Shown here piece by piece: positions 1 through 32,624 of a stretch of 64,000 nt of DNA; position 1 is the stretch's first letter, and each line of letters begins with the position of its first letter. Below the pieces are notes generated by a model. It did not search any database and was not told the DNA's origin. It saw only the letters and a program-made list of their open reading frames with translations. The stretch is from Tubiluchus corallicola (Eukaryota; Animalia; Priapulida), in assembly GCA_030141605.1 (NCBI GenBank), contig JAQGDQ010000681.1:1-64000 (forward strand). Direction: 5' to 3'. The translations under genes and the position numbers were made by a program.

Positions 1-93
1 AAAAAAAAATGTTACCTTGGCGCGAGGCCCCCCTGGAGGGTGAGGCCCCGGGGAAGTATCCCCACTTCCCCCCCCCCCTTGAAATAGGCTCTG
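1..93. mobile_element. Right end of a non-autonomous hAT-like MITE (same family as 40923-41424)
   Basis: aatgttacc..ggcgcgag.ccccctggagggtgagg..gggaagtatccccactt..tgaaataggctctg aligns with the 3' part of 41343-41424. Confidence 0.7.
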
Positions 94-355
94 CTTCCAA
101 GTTGTTAAAAAACATACTTATTAGGAAATGAATAGAATGTGGCGAGAAGAAAATTTACAGACTCTAAGTTCTGCTTTAGAAAGTTATAGTATTCCCACGT
201 AGTTCATGTAAACTTGAAAAAAACATTTGCTATGTCAATATAAATGCACTGGTGAACAATGAGTGATTCCCAATTTAATGAGAATTGTGTTTTATTATTG
301 CAGTGCCGTGTATAAAAACTTTCAAAACTTCTACACTTCTTGATAAACCGATATA

Positions 356-1063
356 ATGGATATACCGTTATCGTTGTTACTGATTGTCATTGTCTTGTCA
401 ACTGCATCGTCACAGATACTTTCTAGTACTGATGTTGTGAGACTCTGCAAATATCAGAAGCACAATAAGCAAGAAAGAATTATTAGTAGCAAATTTGCAT
501 CAGTGGTTTTTATTAATCAGTATAAAGATGATGATCCTTGTCCTTCTCACTTGATCTTTCCGGGATTCCAGTCAAAATTGACAGCATTTATTATGACAAA
601 CGATGAAAGTTGGCCTTGTGCTGCACAGACGAAGAAGAGCTCGGACAGTTGGTCGTTCAGATATTCGTGGCAGATTACAATGTTTGACCCCTCTAATGGT
701 TTGAGTTCTAGACTTCGAGTTGACGCAACGAAGCAACAGTATAGTTGGTATTGTTCAGAATTCGCGCGTGATACTAATGTGAAGGTGTTGATCTTTAATC
801 CACGTGCTCATCATACACAAGAGGCAGTTGCTATTGCCGTTCGGTCAAATGAAGTACAGGCGAGCAGTAATTACACAATAGAGTTGGCTGCTGTTCAATT
901 AGATATAGATGACCATTGTCCTAATGGTGACTGCTTGGTCAACAATTCGGACTGTTACTGGAAGCGACCGACACCGTATATTGAATATGTTCAAAACCAC
1001 GTTTGCATTGCCAGATATCTGAATTCCGAATTCTGGGATGTAAAGCCTGCTTGCAAAATGTAA
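356..1063 (+). CDS. Intronless putative secreted Cys-containing protein (235 aa), family not recognised
   Basis: Long ORF in AT-rich DNA; N-terminal hydrophobic signal peptide (MDIPLSLLLIVIVLSTASS); 9 Cys; NYT and NNS sequons; TATAAAAA at 311-318. Confidence 0.65.
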   Translation: MDIPLSLLLIVIVLSTASSQILSSTDVVRLCKYQKHNKQERIISSKFASVVFINQYKDDDPCPSHLIFPGFQSKLTAFIMTNDESWPCAAQTKKSSDSWSFRYSWQITMFDPSNGLSSRLRVDATKQQYSWYCSEFARDTNVKVLIFNPRAHHTQEAVAIAVRSNEVQASSNYTIELAAVQLDIDDHCPNGDCLVNNSDCYWKRPTPYIEYVQNHVCIARYLNSEFWDVKPACKM

Positions 1064-1101
1064 GTGGCGGGAAATGACTACATCGCAGAAACAACAAAAG
1101 C

Positions 1102-2123
1102 CATCGGAGGTGCACGCCTAGGATGAATACCCGAGGAATCTTGACGAATGAAATTACCCAACAATAGCTTTCGTGGGGTACACATCGGCAGTGCACACCT
1201 AGGATAAATACCCGAGGAATCTTGACAAATTAAATTACCCAACAATAGTTTTCGTGGGGTACACATCAGCAGTGCACACCTAGGATAAATACCCGAGGAA
1301 TCTTGACAAATGAAATTACCCAACAATAGCTTTCGTGGGGCACACATCGGAGGTGCACACCTAGGATAAATACCCGAGGAATCTTGACAAATTAAATTAC
1401 CCAACAATAGCTTTCGTGGGGTACACATCGGAGGAGCACACCCAGGATGAATACCCGAGGAATCTTGACAAATGAAATAGCTTTCGTAGGGTACACATCG
1501 GAGGTGCACACCCAGGATAAATACCCGAGGAATCTTGACAAATGAAATTACCCAACAATAGCTTTCATGGGGTACACATCGGAGGTGCACACCTAGGATA
1601 AATACCCGAGGAATCTTGACAAATGAAATTACCCAACAATAGCTTTCATGGGGTACACATCGGAGGAGCACACCCAGGATGAATACCCGAGGAATCTTGA
1701 CAAATGAAATAGCTTTCGTAGGGTACACATCGGAGGTGCACACCCAGGATAAATACCCGAGGAATCTTGACAAATGAAATTACCCAACAATAGCTTTCAT
1801 GGGGTACACATCGGAGGTGCACACCTAGGATAAATACCCAGGAATCTTGACAAATGAAATTACCCAACAATAGCTTTCATGGGGTACACATCGGAGGTGC
1901 ACACCTAGGATAAATACCCGAGGAATCTTGATGAATGAAATTACCCAACAATAGCTTTCGTGGGGTACACATCGGAGGAGCACACCTAGGATAAATACCC
2001 GAGGAATCTTGACAAATGAAATTACCCAACAATAGGTTTCGTGGGGTACACATCGGAGGTGCACACCTAGGATAAATACCCGAGGAATCTTCACAAATGA
2101 AATTACCCAACAATAGCTTTCGT
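1102..2123. repeat. 81-bp minisatellite, about 13 copies, two with an 11-bp deletion
   Basis: Unit catcggaggtgcacacctaggataaatacccgaggaatcttgacaaatgaaattacccaacaatagctttcgtggggtaca; explains the 27-aa periodic ORFs. Confidence 0.95.
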
Positions 2124-3035
2124 GTGCTCACTCATCTAGTTGCTGACCAAGATCGGCAATGCACAATTTTGGTGGCTAAGCACACACTCGGCTTTTCCTC
2201 ACTCGCGTATATAATGTTGGACTTTCCTATATATTTACACGCTGTACACCTGGTAGTTTTTTGTTGCTAGGTCAGCAGCCACATTTCTCTTCAAGTATTT
2301 ACTGTGGTAAAATAGCATTTGACTATTTCGTTTTCATTTTTTAGAGGAAACTTTAACGCTGAACTCACACCTGAGCTAACGTGTGCACCACGTAAAACTT
2401 GAACACATTTGAACTAAGTGGTACAGCACCGCTTTTTGCGCAAGAGGTTTAACCGCGAAGAACTTGTGGTGCGAATGCAATTTCAACTCTGTGCTAATAA
2501 TTCTTTCACTAAGCCATTCTTGAAAAAATAGTATTTTCCTTTCAATTTTCATAGTTTACATTGTCTTGAGGTGTAGGATCCTCAGCCGGTTTAGCCCCGT
2601 TTCGCGAATAAAATAAAATGATTTTAATAATAATATATCTCTTTGATTTGTTGTTTTTCATTTCTTGCTTTAAATTTAAAAAAAGTTCTGATTAGCATTG
2701 AAAGATACCTGAACTTATTCTAATTCCAAATAAAGTTGGGACAAGATGCTTAAATTACACATGATATTGGACAAAGTGAAGAGATGTTTTCCTTAGTCTG
2801 TGCCGTTAGTTTATGAACCAAGTTAACAAAGAGTGTACAATTAGTTGTTTGTACAAGACGAGGCAGCGTTGACAAGATAAAATTATGACTCTATGTTTGC
2901 CTTTAATGATTGTAGAACATAAAACTGATAAAAACAACAAAGTTTAAAACGCTTCATCTCGTCTGTAGTTACACCAGCCATTTAAACAAGTTCTCGATCA
3001 GCAGAGTAGGTCAGAAAATTCCATTAGCAAAAGAA

Positions 3036-4302
3036 ATGGCAGCTTCATTAGACGAGCCGCAAACTCCAGCTGAAAGGGTTGATGCGATGGGCAACTGGAA
3101 CCAGAGATACGATTATGTTTTTGGTAACGAAGATTTCCAGGAATTATGTGACGTAACTTTTTCAGTTGGTGAAATCATCATCAACGCTAGTCGGTACGTA
3201 CTTGCACTTAGAAGTGACGTTTTTAAGAGGATGCTGTTTGGGCCGCTGTGTCATAAACCTGGTGATGTCATACTAATAACTGATGTTGAACCTGAAGTGT
3301 TCCTGCTGCTTTTGAGATTTATTTATACTGACAAAGCTGAATTAACTGGTGATAATGTTATTTTGGTACTTTACTTAGCTAAAAAGTACAACATTCGTGA
3401 ACTTGAAAAAATGGCTGCTGATTTCCTTAAATCTGAAATCACAACTGACAACGTCTTTACCATTCTGACAGCTGCGTGTTTCTATGAAAGGCGAGATGTA
3501 GAGATGAAGTGTCTGGAGGTCATTAGTGTCGAGACAGAAGCAGTTATAAAGTCCGACAGTTTTACTTCCTTGAGCTATGACAGCTTATTGAGGATTGTCA
3601 AGCTTGATGAACTGACAATTACTGAAGAGGGGAAACTATTTGATGTAGTTTTAAGATGGGCTGATGCTGAATGCAAGCGAAAAAACCTAAAGCAAAATGT
3701 GTTCAACAAGAGAACAGTCTTAGGTGACATCTTATTTCAGATCAGATTTCCCACAATGGATCCAGAGTTATTCATCAAAGGACCGGTAGCAACTGGAATA
3801 CTAAATGACAAATGTTTTAATCAATCATCATCAAAGAGAGACATCAGAATCAATATTTCCAAAAACGCAGAGAAACTACGTAGAAGTCGAGTCAGTCATG
3901 TGTGCTGAACCTGTTGAGATAATTAATAATGTAAAATTAACAGAAGGAGCATTCATTTATATAGAAGAGATTGCAACCATTGGTAATGCTGATAAGCTTG
4001 CCATTGCTCTTTTCAAATGTAATTATGAAAACTGCTCCAATAACCGTGCTGAAGGCTGTTGCTTGGATTTAGTAGTTCGTCCTTCTTGGTCTTCTACTTT
4101 ATGTAGCATGTGCAAGAACAGTTACATTGAAGTGATTAACAATAATCCACAAATGTCACTTAAAACTGTCCTAAATGAAGATAAAAAGGCGGCCTGGACA
4201 GCAAGAAATATTGCACAGTTTAGAACCGTCGTTGACCCTGCTTTCGGGTTTATTAATGATGGAAAAATTCGCATAAAAGTTCTGTTGCTGCTTATATATT
4301 AA
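3036..4302 (+). pseudogene. Intronless BTB/POZ-BACK protein (BTBD1/2/3/6-like N-terminus) with MATH/TRAF-like C-terminus; frameshifted at about 3810
   Basis: CDVTFSVG..ASRYVLALRSDVFKRMLFG..DVEPEVFLLLLRFIYTD..LYLAKKYNI (BTB); EEGKLFDVVLRWA..IRFPTM (BACK); second frame ends DPAFGFINDGKIRIKV (MATH-like). The copy at 6167-6391 shows 11 nt missing here. Confidence 0.75.
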
Positions 4303-4430
4303 ATTAAAAGGAAAATCATTTCATGAAGCTGATTCACGACTACGATTGATGGTTTATAGACCAATAACTTTTTAAACCCCGTACATTGCCACCCATTTTG
4401 AAGAAGTAACTTGATTTGTCATGATTGATT

Positions 4431-4975
4431 ATGATCCAGAATTGTTCATCAAAGGTCCCGTAGTGAATGGAATGTTAAATGACAAGGAGCAACTTGAATG
4501 TTTTCATCAATCATATTTAAGAGACTCCAAAATCAATATTTCGTAGAAAGAAAAAAACTGCATTGAAATCGTATTTGTCATGTGTACTGAACCTGTTGAG
4601 AAGACTAATAATTTTATGAATAAGATATCAGAAAATTTGCAGTTATTGGTTAGCGTAAAGAGCTCGACACTAATGTTTTCAGGTGTGATGAACTATGCTC
4701 CAATACTGGATATAACTATTGTGTAAACTGCTGCTTGAAATTGCAAGTTTTACTTTTCGCTTTGACTTCTACTTCTGACAGCATATGTAAGAACAGATGG
4801 ATTGAAGTGACTAACAATGATCCAAGAAAGTCACTCAGAACATTTTAAAATGAAGACAAGTTCAGAAGAAGTGAAAAGTTTTTGGTGGTATCAGAATAAT
4901 ATTACAGAGCTTCTGGGTTTATTAGTGATGGAAAAATTCGCATAAAAGTTGTGTTGTTTTATAGAAAATGAATTA
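4431..4975 (+). pseudogene. Decayed tandem duplicate of the 3' half of the BTB gene
   Basis: Aligns with 3756-4305 (gatccagaattgttcatcaaagg..., gatggaaaaattcgcataaaagtt) with stops and indels. Confidence 0.8.
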
Positions 4976-6166
4976 AAAAGGCTATCATCTTCTGGAACTG
5001 TGTTCATCAGTGCGACTGATGTCTCATATGGATTGGTGCAGTCCGGTGTGCCCTAAAATATACAAACGTATAAAGAAGAAACTCGTTGGCATTGTGCTGT
5101 GGAAGACTGATTATGAACTGTTGACAGTGCCACCCCCAAACCCCCTCCCCCATATCAGCCGCATGCAGAACGGCTGTTGAATTCGGCTCCAGTTTCAATC
5201 ATTTCGTTGTCTGGCATATGGGAACTGATCTTTTGTACTTACAAATCACCTCTACAGAAGTTTGCAGAGAACGTCGCCATTGATGCTGTTAAAAGATGCC
5301 TATTGTAAGCTGTAGCTTTTTGCATGTAAACCAACTATCTGTGTGATAGCCTAATTTTAACATGACCTGCTGATTTACCCGATTTTTCTAGCAAGATGTT
5401 TCATTTTAACTGACTAGTAGCCGGATCACTTATGTATGCATGAGAATTATATTAACTTAATATACGGAATATACAGTAGCTTAATCAGAATGAAGTAGTG
5501 AAAATAAATTCGATCGTATTTGTTAAGTATTGTAGAAAGTGTACTGTAATTTCTGTTATTTGTTTACAAACGAATAAATGTAAATAAATCGAATGAATAA
5601 ATAAACAAATAAAAACTTAGAGATTATTTCTAGAAGGCTCTCTTAAATTTACAAGGAAAAGAGTGCGGCTTGCACTTACAGAATTAAGTATCATCACTTA
5701 CTGCTGCACATTCAATAATAAGTGCTTTAAATACATCAATGTGGTTGCTTTTGCAATTGAAGTTTAGCCGTGATTGTTCCAGCCAAGACGTAATAAATGC
5801 TAAATCCCTGCACTTTTAACTTTCACAGCCACCAGCTAACGTATTGTAGTATCATGATGTGAAATTTTTACTTTGTGAAGCACTTGCTTTTTAATGTCAT
5901 TGTTGCCTAAACTTGTGCAAATTTTTTCTGCACCAATCGATACAGTTAAGCCCGAAAGCAGAAAGCACAGTACCGTATAAATGAGAAAAACTGCTGAAAT
6001 TCTGCTGGTTTAACTGTACCTAGGTACATTGTCTCAAGTGTACGTTAAGCAGCAACTCTCATGTCTCACTGATTGGTCACAGTCATGCAAAAATGGCGGC
6101 GGTCAAGAGTAACAACAGAGTAGAGTGACAATGGGATTAATGAATGTGCAGCAGTAAAGTCTTCAA

Positions 6167-6391
6167 GTAGCAACTGTAATATTAAATGCCGAGGAGCAAT
6201 TGAATGTTCTAATCAATCATGGTCAAAAAGTGCCATCAGAATCAATATTTCCAAAAAGGCAGAGAAATTACGTAAAATGCGTGTCAGTCATGTGTGCTGT
6301 ACCTGTTGAGGAAATTGATAATTTAGAAGATCTTCATATGGAAATTTCCTCCAAAACAGCAGTTTTTGGTTGTCAGTTCAATTTCATTTAA
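6167..6391 (+). pseudogene. Third partial copy of the BTB gene 3' region
   Basis: LNVLINHGQKVPSESIFPKRQRNYVKCVSVMCAVPVEEI versus NVLINHHQRETSESIFPKTQRNYVEVESVMCAEPVEII. Confidence 0.75.
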
Positions 6392-6460
6392 TTTATTCCA
6401 CAAAATAAACTATACGTTTACACTTCTGATTCATGCAAGCACGAGATACGAAAATTAGGG

Positions 6461-7061
6461 CAAAACCGGACCCAATCTTAAACTGTACGTTAAAACAATT
6501 TGCTCTTTAAAATATTGAAAGAAAACTTACTACTTTTTCAAGAATGACTTACGTGAAAGAATTATTACCACACAATTTCGCGCCACTAGTTCTTCGCTGT
6601 AACATGCATTTCGCCATTCGCTAGTTAGACGGCCACTAGCGCCTGCATTTCTGAAATGTATTGCACAAAAAACAGGTGCTGTACCTCTCAGTTCAGATGT
6701 GTTAGTTAGTGACGAACTACACACGTTCAACAGCTCGTGTGTGAGTGCAGCAGGAAATTTGAAATTTATCTTTAAACTTTCCTAGTTTTAGTACAACATA
6801 CTGAGTATCTTACAGTAGCATTGCACTTCAATTTTCGCTTTTGCAAACACGCGCAACAAGCTCATGGAATATTTTAGCTGTTCAAAATTATGTTAATTTG
6901 TGACGTCATCAATAATTGGGCTCGCCCGCCGTTAATTAAGTTTTTAATCTATTATGTAATAGACAGAAACGCTTTTGCAGTATTAATTGTGTTAAAATGT
7001 ATACCTTTACCGGACTTGAAAATCAGGGTAGTATATGAAAAATCATCCAGTCTTCCTTTAA
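6461..7061. mobile_element. Interspersed repeat, copy 1 (possible Kolobok-type non-autonomous element end, cctttaa terminus)
   Basis: About 600 bp of high similarity to 10769-11404. Confidence 0.6.
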
Positions 7062-7334
7062 CCATGGTGAAGGCTATGAAGCAATCTTACATTAGACAGT
7101 CAGAATGAGAAATGAAAAAGATACTTATTGTTACACAGAACTTATAGTTAGAAAGAGTTATTATAAGGTATTGGTAATATTTCATAATTACAATGTCAAG
7201 TAAACTACGTGACAAAGAAATTGTCAATTGTTTTAATACTTTACGAAACATTTGTGGAAGATCCGTGATCCTTGAGCATTTATGGCAACACTTGATTAGA
7301 CTATGTCGGAATTGGTGACTGCACTATTATTTTA

Positions 7335-8295
7335 TACAGTTCAAACCTCTTTATACCACCTACATAGGGACTGCTTAGAAATTGACGTTAAGTGAGTTTA
7401 GCATTATAACGTGGCGCTTTAACAGACACATTTCTATGCAAATACAGATATTTGTTTTGCTAAAAAAAACTGACTTTAAGTAAGTTTGGCATTATAGCGA
7501 GGTGCGTTAATAGACACATGTCTATGCAAATACAGATATTTGTTTTGCTAAAAAACTGACTTTAAGTAAGTTTGGCATTATAGCGAGGTGCGTTAATAGA
7601 CACATGTCTATGCAAATACAGATATTTGTTTTGCTAAAAAACTGACTTTAAGTAAGTTTGGCATTATAGCGAGGTGCGTTAATAGACACATGTCTATGCA
7701 AATACAGATATTTGTTTTGCTAAAAAAAACTGACTTTAAGTAAGTTTGGCATTATAGTGAGGTGCGTTAATAGACACATGTCTATGCAAATACAGATATT
7801 TGTTTTGCTAAAAAAAACTGACTTTAAGTAAGTTTGGCATTATAGTGAGGTGCGTTAATAGACACATGTCTATGCAAATACAGATATTTGTTTTGCTAAA
7901 AAACTGACTTTAAGTAAGTTTGGCATTATAGCGAGGTGCGTTAATAGACACATGTCTATGCAAATACAGATATTTGTTTTGCTAAAAAAACTGACTTTAA
8001 GTAAGTTTGGCATTATAGCGAGGTGCGTTAATAGACGCATGTCTATGCAAATGCAGATATTTGTTTTGCTAAAAAAAAACTGACTTTAAGTAAGTTTGGC
8101 ATTATAGCGAGGTGCGTTAATAAACACATGTCTATGCAAATACAGATATTTGTTTTGCTAAAAAACTGACTTTAAGTAAGTTTGGCATTATAACGAGGTG
8201 TCTAAGGTAATACAGACGTTTTGATTTGTTAAAAATTTGGTCGTTAAGGGAGTTTGGCATTACAAAGGGAGACGCCATAACGAGGTTTGATGGTA
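7335..8295. mobile_element. Tc1/pogo-like MITE carrying an internal 86-89 bp tandem array (about 9 copies, 7400-8200)
   Basis: Termini tacagttcaaacctctttata / ataacgaggtttgatggta are imperfect inverted repeats; unit gacacatgtctatgcaaatacagatatttgttttgctaaaaaaactgactttaagtaagtttggcattatagcgaggtgcgttaata. Confidence 0.7.
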
Positions 8296-8598
8296 GTCAC
8301 TTTGTATTAAAGTATAATTATCTTTTCAGCACACCTCCATGACGTCATGTCTGTAAATAAGTCAAAAATCGCGGTGTTGCTCAAAATAGAAAGTTTATCG
8401 GTGTCGAATTGCGACGAATCACTTACATTATACAACAAAAACCAGTAAAAAACTGTAGCTCGAGTAAAGAGTTTCTTTAATACTGTTGGTTGTAACGTTA
8501 AGCTTTGCTGTATTAATACACACCATTTATAACTTATTAAATCAACACTGTAATAATCAACACAATACCATAACAAAGTAAAAAATAAACGTAAGATA

Positions 8599-9105
8599 CA
8601 GGGTGTGTAAAAATTCACTATTCTCTTCACATTTTCTATATTTTTTGTCAAATAGAGGAAATTTTTTGAAAATTGGTAATACAGATGAAATAAAATATTG
8701 GGCAACTCAAATTAGACAAAAATCTGAAATGAGCTGCTGCATTACTAGACTTTACTGTTTTTTCTAGTTTCGTTGGCAACATCAAAAGCCTCACAGACCA
8801 ATTCAAAGACAAGGCGGGCATCTTGAAAATTAAAAAAATTTCTCACAGTCAATGAGCAGTGAGGAATGGCTGCATCTTGTTGAAATGGCTGCATCTGCAT
8901 CAATGGTGACTGAAGGCCCAATTCCAGATTGGTTTTTATCTCCTTGGTAACGTTATTGTCATTGCCATAGCAACGGGATTTAAGTCAAACAATAAACGAA
9001 AAGAATTGCCAAAGGTCCCTTTCGACTCATGTAAAATCTTGCCGAGACTGGAGAAAAATTAAAAAAAGAGATTGAAAAGTGTACAGTGACTTTTGAGACG
9101 CCCTG
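8599..9105. mobile_element. Tc1/mariner-type MITE
   Basis: TA-cagggtgtgtaaaaattcact ... agtgacttttgagacgccctg-TA: imperfect TIRs with TA duplication. Confidence 0.7.
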
Positions 9106-9261
9106 TATATAACGCTGGACGATATTGTATCATAATTACGCTTGTTCGTGTACAAAAAACTTACGGTTCCATATTAAAATTGTTAATAATTATGCCAAAT
9201 ATCGGAAAACGAGCAAGTGCCAAATTAGGAGCATTTACCAGACTTCAGAAAACGTCGAATG

Positions 9262-9635
9262 CAGTGGTTCTTAACCTGGGTTCGGCGAGTCGATCTCAGG
9301 GGTTCGGCAGAGCCTCCTTTGCTGTGAAAATGACATGAGAGTGGCACTTGCCAAGGTGAAGCCACGCATATCTGAACTGGTCTCTCAAAGGCAACAGCAG
9401 GAGTCACACTGATTTGCAGGTATGTAATTTGTTGTGAGTTTATGCATTGTGTTGGTTTTGTTCTTTGAACAAGGTGATGTTCATGCACGGCTCATTTTGT
9501 GTACCAGTAAAAAACATATCTATGTCTTGAATTTGAAAAAAAAATCATATTTTATTTTTCACTAAAGAGGGGTTCGGTGAATGCGCATATGAAACTGGTG
9601 GGGTTCGGTACCTCCAACAAGGTTAAGAACCACTG
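9262..9635. mobile_element. hAT (Charlie-like) MITE
   Basis: Perfect 16-bp TIR cagtggttcttaacct / aggttaagaaccactg; degenerate 8-bp TSD gtcgaatg / atctaatg. Confidence 0.85.
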
Positions 9636-10768
9636 ATCTAATGTCTCAGAGTGACACAATTTTATTTTAAATTGCAATCACGATTTTGCTTGCCTTAACA
9701 ACATGAACAATAGGTCTACATCAAGCCAGAAATAACCTAGAAGCAAATGTAACACTTCATGCACCCACTGAACAAATCTTTTACTTCTATGTTGCTACGT
9801 AAAGAAATAAAAAAGCCATTACAATGGCTTGATCTAGTTATTGAGGAGGTTTAGTAGCCTCTAATCTTGAACCAAAATGACAGTATGACCGACAATACAA
9901 ATACTAAAGCAGTTGTGGCGACTGTGCTGCCACCTGCAGCTTGCACGAGGGGTGGAATCCACTCACGACCTGGCTGGGCACTGACCAAAACCTACGGAAA
10001 GAAATCCAGAAAAAGACCTTGGTTATCACATGTTTAATGAGCAAAAACAACGTAAGATGGCGCTGCTTCCTGTCTCGCAAAAAGAAGCGATTTTCAAAGG
10101 CAACAATAGCCGTTTTAAAGGTGGATTTTCTACCTTGTACCAAGTGCTTCCCAGAGTCCAGATACTGGACGCTTTGGGTACTATAGGCAAAATTTCGTGG
10201 AAAATCATTAAATACTTTGAACTAATCTTAACATATTGCTCATTAATAGCTACAATAATCAGTACGAGCTCCCGAGTTCTGCAATGTATGGTGTCGCCAT
10301 CTGTGGCTTCATTATTAAAAAAAGAGATGAGAGTTTTTTAGAAGGCTTACCACGCTCAGCACGCAGAAAATAAGTTGGATGATTTGATAGTTCATATTGT
10401 TCAAATCTAAATAAAAAATGCTAAATGCAAGTCGTAAATACAAACAATCGCAATTACGAGTCGTAAATACAAACAATACCAATAACTCTAATAAGTCGTA
10501 AATAAAAAACAACGCTAATTATAAGTCGTAAATACCAACAATGCCAATTACGAGTCGTAAACACAAGCAATACCAATAAGTCGTAAATAAAAACAATACA
10601 TCCACTAGAACCTTTATTCTTAATATTTTAAATGGAATAAGCATATGATTATAAAATTTAATTTAATTTTCAAGCTATTAATCAAACAACAGCAAACGTA
10701 GGCCTGCCAAATGTTATTGTCTCATATTATATTTCGCTATTTTACATAATCTATTCGAATGCTTAGAG

Positions 10769-11404
10769 CAAAACCAGACCCAATCTTAAACTGTAGCTCA
10801 AAACAATCTATCCTTTAAAATATTGAAAGGAAACATACAATTTTTTTCTAAAATAACTTACGTGAAAGAATTATTACAGCACAGACGCAATTTCACGTTC
10901 GCGCCACTAGTTCTTCGACTGTTACATGCATTTTGCCATTCGCTAGTTAGACGGGCACTAGCGCCTGCATTTCGGAAATGCATTACACAAAAAACAGCTG
11001 CTGTGCCACTCAGATCAGATGTGTTAGTTTGTGACGAACTGCACACGTTCGACAGCTTATGTGCGAGCACAGCAGTAAATTTGGAATTTGAATTTTTCTA
11101 TTAAAATTTTCATCTTAAAGCTCGACTAGTTTTAGTTCAAAACAGTGAATATCTTACAGTAGCACTTTACTTCAATTTTCGCTTTCGCAAACACGTGCAA
11201 CACGCTCGTGGAATATTTATGCTGTTGAAAATCATGCTGGTTTGCGACGTCATCAATAGCTGGGCTAGCCCGCCGTTAATTAAGTTTTTAATCCATTATT
11301 TAATTATCAGAATCGCTTTTGCAGTACAAATTGTGTTGAAACGTATACTTTTTAACGGACCTGAAAATGGGGCAGTGTATGAAAAATCATCCTGTATTCC
11401 TTTA
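10769..11404. mobile_element. Interspersed repeat, copy 2 (see 6461-7061)
   Basis: Direct similarity to 6461-7061. Confidence 0.6.
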
Positions 11405-11939
11405 GCGCAGTGCAAGACTCGCAATGAAATGCTCAACGGGAATTTTATTTGTCTTACAAAGTGCGTATATTACAAACAATCCCAGTTTCTTGTAGTAAAA
11501 CTTTGTGAACTTTTTATCAACAACTTTTTATCAACATACATACCAGTAGAAAATATTAGCCTTCTGCTATATGTCAGAGATAATGCACTGTTCAGCTGTA
11601 TACACTTCAAGTTTGCACTAGTGTTCACGGATACAAACTGAACAGATGCTTATACCTGTACTAAGCGGATGTTTTAGCATCCTGTGTGTTCTTGCAAGTA
11701 AACACAAAGTGGTTATAAAATGTGGATACTAGGGCCGTACCTCAATTTTAGTTTGAAGATAATGCTAGAAGGTATAAACTACAAAGTAACTCACTTTCAA
11801 GTAAACAAAATTTATTTTGTTTGTATAGTGGATAGTACGTTGTGTGAGCCGTGTGTAGCTGTTTATAGATGTTTGAGGCATGACAAAGCTATTAAACGTT
11901 GGTTTCTGGCATACCAATAATTTCAAGGCAGTCATTTCA

Positions 11940-12339
11940 CTGATACCTCTCTAATTTGTTGATTTTTTTCTTCCAAAGTTGTGTTAAACTGCTTCAGTTT
12001 ATTGAATCTGTCTTCCAAATCATCAAGAACCGGTAATTTTGCATTTTCTGTTTCAAATCGGTTTAGTCACTTCTCGTGATCATCCAGCAATTCTGTATTG
12101 GCATTAGCAGAAGTCTGAACTGTCTGAACCACTTAGCTGATCTTAACTTGTTCATCCTTTATCTCTCTTATATCGCTCATTATCATATCGAGTGCAGTAA
12201 GTTGACACAAAATGTGGTGCAATTTTTGGTCCTGGGTTGTTGATACTTCTACGGTTTCAAAATCTGAACTAAAATTCATGTTGTCTGATTGTTTAATAGT
12301 TGACCGTAAAGAGCTTCGTTTAGCGTCTTTCTTTGGCAC
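11940..12339 (-). mobile_element. Degraded coiled-coil ORF resembling a LINE ORF1 N-terminus
   Basis: Basic start PKKDAKRSSLRS then heptad-like segment (ILCQLTALDMIMSDIREIKDEQ...LEDRFNKLKQFNTTLEEKNQQI) with stops. Confidence 0.4.
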
Positions 12340-12569
12340 GTCTAATATTATTCAGTACGAACGTATCATCAGTATGAAAGCGTGAACACTCATAAGTAAC
12401 GCCCATAATTACATGTAAAACATGACTTCAACGAGCCATCAAATAGTGCGCAAGGTACAGTATAGCGCTGGGCGAGTTGTTGCCTCAAACCTGAACTTAT
12501 TAGTCTTAATTGTCTCGCGGAAGTTGAACTTGTTGCTTATACTTACCTGCGTTATATGTATCAGCGTAA

Positions 12570-32189
<19,620 letters not shown>

Positions 32190-32624
32190 TGACATTCATT
32201 TTAGCTCTGTTTAAAGATAACAGCATTTTAAAGTTAATTACCCCCAAAAAGTATTCGATACGAAAGTTATATTTCTTAGAATTAAGCTTACATGCTTAAA
32301 AGACTTGTGTAAATGGAAAATGTTCTTAACAAAGAATTTTAAAGCGTTTGTGCCAACGTTAACGCAAGCTCTGTATGCAATAAGACAGCACCTAAATTAT
32401 GCAAAATGTTAAAACGATTTTAAGATTTATTTATGAAGTTTGTTTCTTGTCCTTTAAATAACTGTTATTTATTGCCAACTTTACCTCTTTGTCTCTCACA
32501 AACAATAACAATAACACAAATAAGCGAAAACAATAATGGAGAGCAGACTCGCTTTGTGAGAGCCTCCCGGATTATCCTCCTCTGCTATATGTAGCTTCTG
32601 GCATCAATAAGTTCAGCCTTACTT

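Noticed and set aside
939-2131. Cys-rich repetitive ORFs (CVPHESYCW..., CTPRKLLLG...)
   Set aside because: Translations of an 81-bp minisatellite, open in several frames, with frame-breaking deleted units.
3805-3816. Programmed ribosomal frameshift in the BTB gene
   Set aside because: No slippery heptamer; the local copies show a simple 11-bp deletion.
10290-10310. CTCF-like cgccatct motifs here and near 33680 and 35325
   Set aside because: Short, imperfect and commonly embedded in repeats; not supportable without ChIP data.
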